Shown in pieces: positions 48,879 to 57,347 of a DNA stretch of 64,000 nucleotides. The notes under the pieces were generated by a model that was not told the DNA's origin, did not search any database, and was given only the letters and a program-made list of their open reading frames with translations. The position numbers and the translations under genes are program-made. The DNA comes from Patescibacteria group bacterium (GTDB lineage: Bacteria > Patescibacteriota > Minisyncoccia > Phycocordibacterales > UBA9973): NCBI GenBank assembly GCA_028868715.1, contig JAGWUB010000002.1, positions 79,605 to 143,604 on the forward strand, in the 5' to 3' direction. The number at the start of each line of letters is the position of its first letter. The stretch's first letter is position 1.

Positions 48879-49937
48879 ATGGATAATATTTTTTTTATTA
48901 TAATAGCAGTCTTGGTTGGTGGAATTATTGCCTATTTTATTTTTGGACGTAAAAAGGAAGCTGGCACCGGAGACACTGGACTAAATCTTATTCTGACCCA
49001 AATTAACGAGCTCTCACGAACCGTGGATAGCAAAATCGGCGAATCACATAAACAAGTCAATGAAAGTCTAAAATTCCACTCTAGCGAATCAAATAAGATA
49101 ATTCGGGATGTCACCGAGCGCTTGACCCGCTTGGATGAGACAAATAAACAAGTCATCTCTTTTGCTGACCAACTGCAAAGCTTGGAGAATATACTAAAAA
49201 ATCCAAAACAGCGTGGAATCCTTGGTGAATATTACTTAGAAACAGTTTTGAAAAATGTCTTACCGCCGGGGAGCTACCAAATGCAATATCCTTTTCCAGA
49301 TGGCACCATTGTAGACGCAGTGGTATTTGTGAAAGACAAAATAATCCCAATTGATTCAAAGTTTTCTCTGGAAAATTATAATAAGATGGTAGAGGAAATA
49401 AATCCAGCCGATAAAAAACGCCTAGAGACAATTTTTGTAAATGATTTAAAAAATAGAATCACTGAAACTGCAAAGTACATCCAACCAGCTAAAGGCACGA
49501 CTGATTTTGCTTTTATGTTTATCCCACACGAGGCCATATATTATGATCTGCTGACAAATAAAGTCGGCGCAACAAATATAAACGATAGTGAGAATGAAAA
49601 TCTAATCCAGCGCGCTGCTGGAAAATATAAAGTTATAATAACCTCACCCACTTCATTTTTAGCATACCTGCAAACAGTCTTACAAGGATTAAAGGCCTTA
49701 AAAATAGAGGAGTCTGCAAAAGAAATAATTAAAAAGGTAGAAGACCTGGGCAAGCATTTAAAATCTTATGATGAATATCACAACAAACTCGGCAATGCCT
49801 TGGGTACGGTGGTAAACCATTATAATGCTTCAAATAAAGAATTGAAAAAAATAGACAAAGACGTACTCCGTATAGCTGGCTCTTCACCAGAGCTTTCACT
49901 CCTTGAAGTTGAAAAGCCTAAAATTCTTGAAGAATAA
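48879..49937 (+). CDS. rmuC: DNA recombination protein RmuC
   Basis: K.RG..GE..L, PIDSKF, DFAFMFIP.E, SPT. Confidence 0.9.
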   Translation: MDNIFFIIIAVLVGGIIAYFIFGRKKEAGTGDTGLNLILTQINELSRTVDSKIGESHKQVNESLKFHSSESNKIIRDVTERLTRLDETNKQVISFADQLQSLENILKNPKQRGILGEYYLETVLKNVLPPGSYQMQYPFPDGTIVDAVVFVKDKIIPIDSKFSLENYNKMVEEINPADKKRLETIFVNDLKNRITETAKYIQPAKGTTDFAFMFIPHEAIYYDLLTNKVGATNINDSENENLIQRAAGKYKVIITSPTSFLAYLQTVLQGLKALKIEESAKEIIKKVEDLGKHLKSYDEYHNKLGNALGTVVNHYNASNKELKKIDKDVLRIAGSSPELSLLEVEKPKILEE

Positions 49938-49945
49938 TATTAACT

Positions 49946-49978
49946 AAAAAAGGCCGTTGCTTTACTGCAACGACCTTT
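49946..49978. terminator. Terminator between rmuC and the convergent orphan
   Basis: A-tract plus aggccgttgc / gcaacgacct stem. Confidence 0.7.
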
Positions 49979-50000
49979 CTCTCGGATCCGCCGAGAGCGG

Positions 50001-50192
50001 TTAATATGACCCAGGTCCATGGAAGATACACGATGATGACACCAGGGATGTTTCCACTTTCCGTTGCTTTTCCTCTGCCAACTTTCTTTGCTCGTCTTGA
50101 AACTTCCGTATCCAAAAATAAATTCCATTTGGATAAAATTCATCTGGGCCAGAAGGTTTTTCATGGGCAAGAGCAGGAATTGAATTTTCCAT
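50001..50192 (-). CDS. Small orphan protein
   Basis: 63-aa ORF with TAAGGAG SD and a downstream terminator. Confidence 0.5.
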   Translation of the reverse strand: MENSIPALAHEKPSGPDEFYPNGIYFWIRKFQDEQRKLAEEKQRKVETSLVSSSCIFHGPGSY

Positions 50193-50275
50193 CTTAAGTC
50201 TCCTTATTAAAATAACTAGTTTCTGAATTCTATATTGAAGATGTCATATTATCACTCGTCTGTCAATTATAAACG

Positions 50276-50310
50276 AAAAATGGCCGGAAGCTTTGTTGCT
50301 TACCGGCCAA
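50276..50310 (-). terminator. Intrinsic terminator after 50319..50804
   Basis: tggccgg..agc / gct..ccggcca stem plus U-tract on the minus strand. Confidence 0.7.
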
Positions 50311-50318
50311 ATCAATAA

Positions 50319-50804
50319 TTAATGAACACTGAAGATGTCGTGATCCTGATGATCGCTACGACCACCTGGGAAATTTACAACAGCCTCTTTTTTGTGTTCG
50401 GCGATTTTTTTCCGCCGTCCTTCTCGTCTGTGCTCACCGTACTTTGTGAACAAAAACAAAGAAGCAAAGATCAATGCACCCGAAATGATGAATGTAAGTG
50501 CAAGTTGGTACGGATTTTCGTACCATGCTTCTTTTACCTGCGCCTCGGCCTTACCCACACCAAGAACTGCTGTAGGTGTCGGTGTCGTCGCCGGTGCCGA
50601 CGTTTTTGGAATCTTGGTAGTCACCGTAAACGGTGCGACCTCGTCATACCGAATTCCAGCCGCGGGAGGCTCTGGAATCAGGTTATCCTTATGTTTTTTC
50701 GCCGTTTTTCCGTCGAACGGCTTCATTTGGTTATGTTTTGTTTCTGCTATTCCTAACGTCGCCGCTAGTAGCATAAACGCGAAAATAAAAAGAGTTTTTT
50801 TCAT
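50319..50804 (-). CDS. Orphan exported protein with P/T-rich linker and C-terminal TM
   Basis: Signal peptide, AAGGAG SD, and a TTGACA-17-TATATT promoter near 50877..50905. Confidence 0.6.
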   Translation of the reverse strand: MKKTLFIFAFMLLAATLGIAETKHNQMKPFDGKTAKKHKDNLIPEPPAAGIRYDEVAPFTVTTKIPKTSAPATTPTPTAVLGVGKAEAQVKEAWYENPYQLALTFIISGALIFASLFLFTKYGEHRREGRRKKIAEHKKEAVVNFPGGRSDHQDHDIFSVH

Positions 50805-50933
50805 TTCTATCTATCTCCTTGGTTATTTTTTTGTTATGCCACGCTAAAACAGCTTGGCGACAATGCTTCTGGGTAAAATATAGCATATTATACCCTATTT
50901 GTCAAGCTAAATAAGCCTTATTTTATATGGTTA

Positions 50934-52112
50934 TTATGCAGTTTTGGTATTCCAAGGCTTAAGAAAGACAAAAAACACCATTGCGGTAAAAGCGACAATA
51001 GTAGCAAAGATAAAAGCATATGATGGGCTAAAGACCCAAAGAATACCTGCAATCATTGAAGCTGGAAGATAAATCAACCCAGTGACAAAATTGTACATGC
51101 CGATAGCTGTGGCTCGCCTATCCTTCTCTAGATCAGTGATGAATGCCTTGCTTTGAGCTTCATCAATACTGTAAAAGATGCCGAACATTAAAAATAAAAT
51201 AATTACTTCCCATTTTGATTTTGCAAAAATAAAACCCAGAGACATCATAATGTAAACTAAGTATCCTAAGATGATAATGTATTTTCGCCCGATGATATCC
51301 CCTAGCTTGCCGACGGGCATGGATATTATGACAAATGAAATATTAAAAAGTGCATAGAGCAACACCACATCTTTTATAGAAAAACCAATAGCGTAGGCTT
51401 TGAGTAAAAGGAAACCAAAACTAAAATATGCCAAAGAAAAAATTCCTGCAGGAATTAAATATAATTTAAAATTTGAACTCAAAGTACCCCAAGCTTTAAA
51501 TATATTTTCCCTGTCGTGTGGAATTCCGGGACGATCTTTCATTAAAGCCAAAACTACTACAGAGAGCACAGCGGTGATAATTGCGATAATAAAAATTACG
51601 TGAAAAGTGCTACGCCCTTGCCCTAGGTAAAGAAGTAAGAGGTACGCAACTATTGGCCCAAGGACGGCTCCAGCCTTATCCATCGCTTTATGTACCCCAA
51701 AGGAATACCCCATGTCAGATTCCTGTGCTACGGATGCAAGCCATGCATCTCTCGGTGGGCCACGAAAACTTTTACCCAAACGTTCGATAATTCTAAATGA
51801 AGCAAGGATGGACACAGAGCTTCCAACTACAAGCATAATTTTTGCTAAAGTTGAAAAGCCGTAACCAACTAATGTCAGCGGTTTTCTTTTTCCGATTCTG
51901 TCTGACAACCAACCAGCAAAATAATCCAAAGAAGATCCAGAGAAATCCGATATTCCTTCGATCAATCCTAGTAGTGAGGCCGAAGCTCCCACAACCACAG
52001 TAAAAAATATTGAGAATACAGAAAAAATAGCCTCAGAGCTGATGTCAGTTAAAAAGCTCACTAGGCCTAAGCGCAAAACATCAGGATGTATTTTAAAGAA
52101 TTTATTTTTCAT
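50934..52112 (-). CDS. MFS transporter
   Basis: G.LSDRIGKRK motif A, about 12 TM helices. Confidence 0.9.
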   Translation of the reverse strand: MKNKFFKIHPDVLRLGLVSFLTDISSEAIFSVFSIFFTVVVGASASLLGLIEGISDFSGSSLDYFAGWLSDRIGKRKPLTLVGYGFSTLAKIMLVVGSSVSILASFRIIERLGKSFRGPPRDAWLASVAQESDMGYSFGVHKAMDKAGAVLGPIVAYLLLLYLGQGRSTFHVIFIIAIITAVLSVVVLALMKDRPGIPHDRENIFKAWGTLSSNFKLYLIPAGIFSLAYFSFGFLLLKAYAIGFSIKDVVLLYALFNISFVIISMPVGKLGDIIGRKYIIILGYLVYIMMSLGFIFAKSKWEVIILFLMFGIFYSIDEAQSKAFITDLEKDRRATAIGMYNFVTGLIYLPASMIAGILWVFSPSYAFIFATIVAFTAMVFFVFLKPWNTKTA

Positions 52113-52116
52113 GCTG

Positions 52117-52188
52117 TGACCCTACAGAGAATCGAACTCTGATTTGATCCTTGAGAAGGATCCGTCCTAGCCGTTAGACGATAGGGCC
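52117..52188 (-). tRNA. tRNA-Glu(CTC)
   Basis: GGCCCTA..GATCC-TTCTCAA-GGATC..CAGAG-TTCGATT-CTCTG-TAGGGTC-A. Confidence 0.93.
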
Positions 52189-52213
52189 ATGGTTTTTAAC
52201 AATATAGCACACT

Positions 52214-53524
52214 TTATTTCTTTTTCTTCCATTCGTCGTCTTGGCGGACGAGAAGTTTATTTTTATTTTCTTGATCTAAAAGTATGGCTTCGGTCACTCG
52301 CTCCATCCGTATCCCCTGCGAACCTTTTACAAGTACCGTATCACCCTTCATAACAAAAGTTTTTATAAACATTGCTGCTTCATTTGAGTTTAAAAATTCA
52401 AAAATATTTTGGTCATTCATCCCAGCCTCTATGGCTCCTTCTTTTATACCTCTCGCCCTAGGGCCGACCACTATTAGCACATCCATACTACCGCTCAAAT
52501 TTTCTCTGGCAATCTTTCCAATGTTTTTATGAGCCTCTAGGGTGTGCCGACCGAGCTCCAGCATATCACCCAAGACCGCAATTTTTCTACCTTCCAATTT
52601 TACTTCTCCCAAAGTTTTGAGAGCAGATTCGGAAGCTAAAGGAGAAGAGTTGTAAGTATCATCAATGATCAAGCAGTCGTTGATACCTTTTAACAACCGC
52701 ATACGTCCTGGTGGAATATCGTAACTCTTTAAAGCATTTACTGCCTCCAGCATGTTAAATTTTAGACCAGAGGCAAGCGCCAAAGCACATAAGGAAGCAT
52801 AAACATGATTTCTCCCAAATACTCCCTCGATCACGACTGGAAAGCTTTTACCCTCTTCGTCTACCCTGAAAATAATACCTTCGGGCACTCCTTTGTCATC
52901 ATACAAAATACTGTCACCGGAGCCAGTGATATCTGCTCCAGATTTAAACCCATAGGTTGTGACTCGTTGCTTGGTTTTAGTCTTCATCTCCAGCACGTCT
53001 GCATCGTCGGCATTCAAAATTAGAACACCATTTGGCTTTAGAGTTCTAATGAGCTGACTTTTTTCCTCTATTAAGTGTTTGCGCGAATTAAAAAATTCAA
53101 TGTGTGAAGGAGTCTCGCCGATAGCCGTGACCGCGACTGCATCAGTCTTCAACCAAGAAGCAGTCCGTCGCATGTCGCCAGTCTTGCCCACACCTACCTC
53201 TAGCACCAACCAGCTCGGATATTTGTGTGGCCAGATAATTAACCACAAACCTTTGAAAATGTTTTCAAGCCACGCTGTGGGGCTACTCCATCCATTGGGG
53301 CATCCCAAAATAGTGAGTGGCAATCCAATCTCACTATTAAAACTTTTTTCACTTTTACGAACGTAGGAAAATTTGGAGATAACAGCATATACTGCATCTT
53401 TGGTAGAAGTCTTGCCGACTGAGCCAGTAATGGCAATAACCTTTGGTTTGTATTTAAGAAGTACAAATCGTGATTCAATTTGTAAAATATAAATTATTAC
53501 TTTTTTAAAAATATTTTTCATCAA
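52214..53524 (-). CDS. murF: UDP-MurNAc-tripeptide--D-Ala-D-Ala ligase
   Basis: ITGSVGKTSTK, DDTYNSSP, LGDMLELG, VKGS. Confidence 0.88.
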   Translation of the reverse strand: MMKNIFKKVIIYILQIESRFVLLKYKPKVIAITGSVGKTSTKDAVYAVISKFSYVRKSEKSFNSEIGLPLTILGCPNGWSSPTAWLENIFKGLWLIIWPHKYPSWLVLEVGVGKTGDMRRTASWLKTDAVAVTAIGETPSHIEFFNSRKHLIEEKSQLIRTLKPNGVLILNADDADVLEMKTKTKQRVTTYGFKSGADITGSGDSILYDDKGVPEGIIFRVDEEGKSFPVVIEGVFGRNHVYASLCALALASGLKFNMLEAVNALKSYDIPPGRMRLLKGINDCLIIDDTYNSSPLASESALKTLGEVKLEGRKIAVLGDMLELGRHTLEAHKNIGKIARENLSGSMDVLIVVGPRARGIKEGAIEAGMNDQNIFEFLNSNEAAMFIKTFVMKGDTVLVKGSQGIRMERVTEAILLDQENKNKLLVRQDDEWKKKK

Positions 53525-53530
53525 TTATTC

Positions 53531-54586
53531 TTATCTGCTGATTATAACCAAAATAATGCCAACGATCGCGGACACAACTGACAAAACCCAAAAACGCATA
53601 GTAACTTTATAGGACGGCCAGCCAAGTGCCTCAAAGTGATGATGAATAGGTGCGAGTTTAAATAATTTTTTACCATTTCTAAAGCGCTTGGATGCCATCT
53701 GTAAAATCACCGAACCAGAACTTATGACTAATGGTAGGGCAATGATTGGAAGAATTAAGACTGTATTGGTTAAAAATGCAATTGTGGCTATAGTAATAGT
53801 CAGCCCCATAATCCCTGTCTCTCCCATGTAGAATCTTGCTGGTGGAATATTAAACCAGAGGAAAGCCAAAGTACATCCAGTGACAACTCCACAAAAAGCA
53901 GCAATATCAATTTGATTGTTAGCATAAGCTATCACGGAATATGAAGCAAAAATGGAAGCTAAAACTCCACCAGAGAGACCATCGAGCCCATCAATCACTC
54001 CACCAGAAAAAGTTGCCAGAGCGACAATTATAAAGAACGGTATAATCAGGATCCCTATATATAACTCTCCCATAAATGGAATGTGGATACTATTCATTCC
54101 CAATTTATAAAAAAACCAAAGACCTATAAGTAGAGACATCGTAGCGATAAGTAAAGCCTTCCACTTACGCCAAGATGCATCATCGTGAGCAAATTTACTA
54201 TGACCGTATATTTGGATTAGGTCGTCCCAAAGTCCGATAAATGATCCAAAAAGAAGCGTGAAGAAAGGAATAAAAGTTTGATTTCTACTTAAAAAACTAA
54301 TTTTCTCAATACTTTCAGAGTCAATTAAAATTGACAGTATATAAAAAATCATAGTAGTCAAGAAAATTGAAAACCAAACAATGATTCCACCCACCCGCGG
54401 TGTATTGAGTTCCCCTTTTCCATTTTGAATTTTTGAAAAATCTGGATTATCAAAAGAAGCATCTCGAGAATATTTTTTCCACATCTTATATTTAAAGAAA
54501 AAGTGCGTGGCTACAGGGGTAAGAAAAAGCCCCAAAAAAAAGGCTACAGTCGTCGGTATAAAAATTTTAACTAAGTCTATATACAT
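53531..54586 (-). CDS. mraY: Phospho-N-acetylmuramoyl-pentapeptide transferase
   Basis: TP..GG, DD, DGLDGL, FYMGETG, APIHHHFE; start set to ATG 54586. Confidence 0.92.
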   Translation of the reverse strand: MYIDLVKIFIPTTVAFFLGLFLTPVATHFFFKYKMWKKYSRDASFDNPDFSKIQNGKGELNTPRVGGIIVWFSIFLTTMIFYILSILIDSESIEKISFLSRNQTFIPFFTLLFGSFIGLWDDLIQIYGHSKFAHDDASWRKWKALLIATMSLLIGLWFFYKLGMNSIHIPFMGELYIGILIIPFFIIVALATFSGGVIDGLDGLSGGVLASIFASYSVIAYANNQIDIAAFCGVVTGCTLAFLWFNIPPARFYMGETGIMGLTITIATIAFLTNTVLILPIIALPLVISSGSVILQMASKRFRNGKKLFKLAPIHHHFEALGWPSYKVTMRFWVLSVVSAIVGIILVIISR

Positions 54587-54610
54587 ACAAATCAAAGTAT
54601 AACAGAAATT

Positions 54611-55999
54611 TTAAGAAATTTCTCTAATAGTCTGCCCATTTTCCTCATTGAAAGAAATTTTTTTACCTTCTAAAATAGCATTAAAATAATCCGCATCCAT
54701 CCAAAATTTACCATTTTCATCCTTTGACCATCTTGGCCAGTAGCAAATACCAGGAAACCCAGCGTCCAAGTAATCCTGCTCTGTCAGTGGAGTACCAAAA
54801 ATAAATTGTTTTTGAATTAAGGTTTCTTTTTCTTTTATATAATTTTTTATATATTCTAGATAATCTTTATTTTTAGATTTTTCAGAAAGAAGCTTAGCTT
54901 TTTCCAGCTTCTCTTTTAATTCTTCCCTTTCTTTTATATATGGTTTATCTAATCTACAACCAGACATAAATTCGATTTTTCGTTTTAAAATAGGGTCGTT
55001 TACTGCTCTCTTTAAACTATTTTTTAATAGTGTTGGTGAAATTAGCGATTCACTCACTGTAGCCTTGTCCTCTGATATGCCACCATAACATCCATAAGCA
55101 TCAGCATACCCCGGGATTTCTCCAGCAGCTTTAAAATTATTTTTTATTGCTTCGTCTCCAGAAGAATATACATAAGGTTTTGCTCCTTCATTTAACCTAG
55201 ACCAGCCTTCAAGGTCGTCGAGTTCATTTTTAAAATTATCATCCAAGGCATGAGTTAGTTCATGGGTAACATCTCCACGGTTATCAAATAGAGAATCAAA
55301 CTTCCCAGACATTTCAGCACCATTTACTTGAGCTTCGACACCTTCTTCTAATTCCGTTAAATTTAATTTTTTCCAACCTGATCTCTTAATGGAAAAGTTA
55401 GGGAACATTTTAAGTCCTCTGTAAAATGAATTGAGATTGGTTAGGAAAAAATTTTCACTTTTGTCGGTAATAGTAATGTCATATTCATCTACTATTTTTC
55501 TTGCCATCTTCACATTTTGCAAAAATTGAAGAGTGGTAAAAAATATATTTCCACCGATTTTATATTCAGGCATAGAAAAGTTCATTGCCTCAGCTGCTTT
55601 TTCTTTTCTCCATTTTACAAATTCTTCAACGAACCCTCTATATAATTGTGAATCTTGTGCTTCGTTATAAAGTTTTTCTATCCTATCATAATATTCTTCT
55701 AATTTTTTTGTTTGGTCTTTGTCTAGTCTATCTTGCTCAGCATCCATGGCATTTCTCACTTCTTTTAATAACAATGCATTCCAATATTCAAAGTTTTTTT
55801 TAGTTTCCTCAAGTTCCGCTTCGGTGGGTTTTAAAATTTCTGGGCTTTCTACTTTACCATGTAAACCCAAGACCAAGCCCAATCCGACTCCAGCCTTCAT
55901 TGCACCTTTTATAAAATCCCTACGGCCAACTTTGTCACCAGCTTCAGGTTTATTATGCTCCACATTTTCTTTAATTTTTGGTATTCCTTCTGTTGCCAT
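54611..55999 (-). CDS. Putative exported zinc metallopeptidase with twin-arginine-like signal
   Basis: GRRDFIK followed by a hydrophobic stretch; THELTH and a downstream Y...SED.A. Confidence 0.55.
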   Translation of the reverse strand: MATEGIPKIKENVEHNKPEAGDKVGRRDFIKGAMKAGVGLGLVLGLHGKVESPEILKPTEAELEETKKNFEYWNALLLKEVRNAMDAEQDRLDKDQTKKLEEYYDRIEKLYNEAQDSQLYRGFVEEFVKWRKEKAAEAMNFSMPEYKIGGNIFFTTLQFLQNVKMARKIVDEYDITITDKSENFFLTNLNSFYRGLKMFPNFSIKRSGWKKLNLTELEEGVEAQVNGAEMSGKFDSLFDNRGDVTHELTHALDDNFKNELDDLEGWSRLNEGAKPYVYSSGDEAIKNNFKAAGEIPGYADAYGCYGGISEDKATVSESLISPTLLKNSLKRAVNDPILKRKIEFMSGCRLDKPYIKEREELKEKLEKAKLLSEKSKNKDYLEYIKNYIKEKETLIQKQFIFGTPLTEQDYLDAGFPGICYWPRWSKDENGKFWMDADYFNAILEGKKISFNEENGQTIREIS

Positions 56000-56005
56000 A
56001 TTTAT

Positions 56006-56030
56006 TATTTACGCCATGGCTGAAATAAGA
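56006..56030 (+). repeat. Dispersed palindrome, copy 4 (intergenic)
   Basis: tatttacgccatggctgaaataaga, identical to the copy in rsmI. Confidence 0.8.
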
Positions 56031-56036
56031 AAATTA

Positions 56037-56594
56037 CTAAACTTCTTTTTTCTGAGATTCTTCTTCTAGGGTCTTAACAGCTGCATTCATCGAGTTAGCA
56101 ACTTCTGTAAAATCAGGTAATTCTTCGATGGATTTTACACCCATAAAAGATAATAATTCAAAGCTCGGCTTGTAAATATAGCGCCGATTGTCTTTTGTAT
56201 CTACGCTTTTTTCCACTAGCCCACGCACCGAAAGCGCCCGCAAGGTAAAGCTGGAATTTACTCCACGAATATAATCAATCTCCGCGCGACTGACGCCATT
56301 TTTATAAAGTACGATGGATAGTGTCTCTAGGCTAGCTTTGGAAAGTTCTTTATTTAATTCTTCTTTCTGTAAATCTTCAAATAGTTTTGAGAGCTCCGGC
56401 ATTGTTCCAAGCGTAATTTCTGATCCCAGCTCCTGTAAGATTATACCTCTCTCGGCTAAATTTCCTTTCAATTTTTCTATGCCTTCGTTTATTTCGTCTG
56501 GCGAGGTTTTTAAAATGTCTGCAAGCTTTTTGCGTGACATTGGCTCACCCTTCCAAAATAATACAGCTTCAATTTTATTTTCTAAATTAATCAT
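56037..56594 (-). CDS. scpB: SMC-Scp complex subunit ScpB
   Basis: IEA.LF..GEP, LS.A.LETL.I, IDYIRGVNS, LP. Confidence 0.93.
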   Translation of the reverse strand: MINLENKIEAVLFWKGEPMSRKKLADILKTSPDEINEGIEKLKGNLAERGIILQELGSEITLGTMPELSKLFEDLQKEELNKELSKASLETLSIVLYKNGVSRAEIDYIRGVNSSFTLRALSVRGLVEKSVDTKDNRRYIYKPSFELLSFMGVKSIEELPDFTEVANSMNAAVKTLEEESQKKEV

Positions 56595-56596
56595 AA

Positions 56597-57325
56597 TTAC
56601 ATCTTTTCAATCATAATATCTTTGGAATGATCGCTTTGCACCGCATCTAGTATCCCATTTCGGACAAGTTCCAACATGGCTAAAAAACTCACTATAACAT
56701 AAACTTTTTCTTCTCGTGTCTGAGACTTGCCAGCAAATTCCGAAAAGTTCATCTTCATCGCATTTTGGATTCTTTCCGTTAAATTATTGATCACTTCTTC
56801 TATGCTAATAACTTTGCGCACCTCCACTTCTGGCATAAATACTTTCTTTGGTATAGACCCTAGGACGTTCTGCGCAAAACTCATCATGGATTCCTTGGTA
56901 ATTTGCTCATCTGGTAAAAAAACTAAAACATTATTTTTTCGCTCCAATGGCGCAAAAATTATTTTCTTTCCAAAATTACTTTTTATGTTTCCTCCGAGCT
57001 TGATAAAAAGCTTATAGAGTCGCAATCTTTCTTCTAGGCTCTTTATGTCACCTTCCTCCTCGTCTGTCAGATTTAAGTTTGGTAAGAGAGATTTTGATTT
57101 AATTAAAATGAGCGTAGAAGCCACCAAAACAAAGCTAGTAACCTCCCTAGGATTAGAACTGCCCAATTTATTCATATAACTCAAAAAGTCCTCAGTCACA
57201 CTGGCCAAGGATACGTCGTTGATAAAGAGCTTTCGTTTTTCAACTAAATCTAAAAGAAGCCCAAAAGGCCCTTCAAAGGAGCCTGTTTTTATCCTATAAG
57301 TATTTTCGGAACTTTCTGTTTCCAC
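56597..57325 (-). CDS. scpA: Segregation/condensation protein A (kleisin)
   Basis: FEGP..LLL.L, L..IKS..LLP, FLAMLELV. Confidence 0.92.
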   Translation of the reverse strand: METESSENTYRIKTGSFEGPFGLLLDLVEKRKLFINDVSLASVTEDFLSYMNKLGSSNPREVTSFVLVASTLILIKSKSLLPNLNLTDEEEGDIKSLEERLRLYKLFIKLGGNIKSNFGKKIIFAPLERKNNVLVFLPDEQITKESMMSFAQNVLGSIPKKVFMPEVEVRKVISIEEVINNLTERIQNAMKMNFSEFAGKSQTREEKVYVIVSFLAMLELVRNGILDAVQSDHSKDIMIEKM

Positions 57326-57347
57326 CGTTATATGATAACATTTCTTT

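Noticed and set aside
49940-50170. ORF 49940..50170 as the real gene
   Set aside because: It runs through the terminator and lacks an SD; the SD-led 50001..50192 frame is preferred
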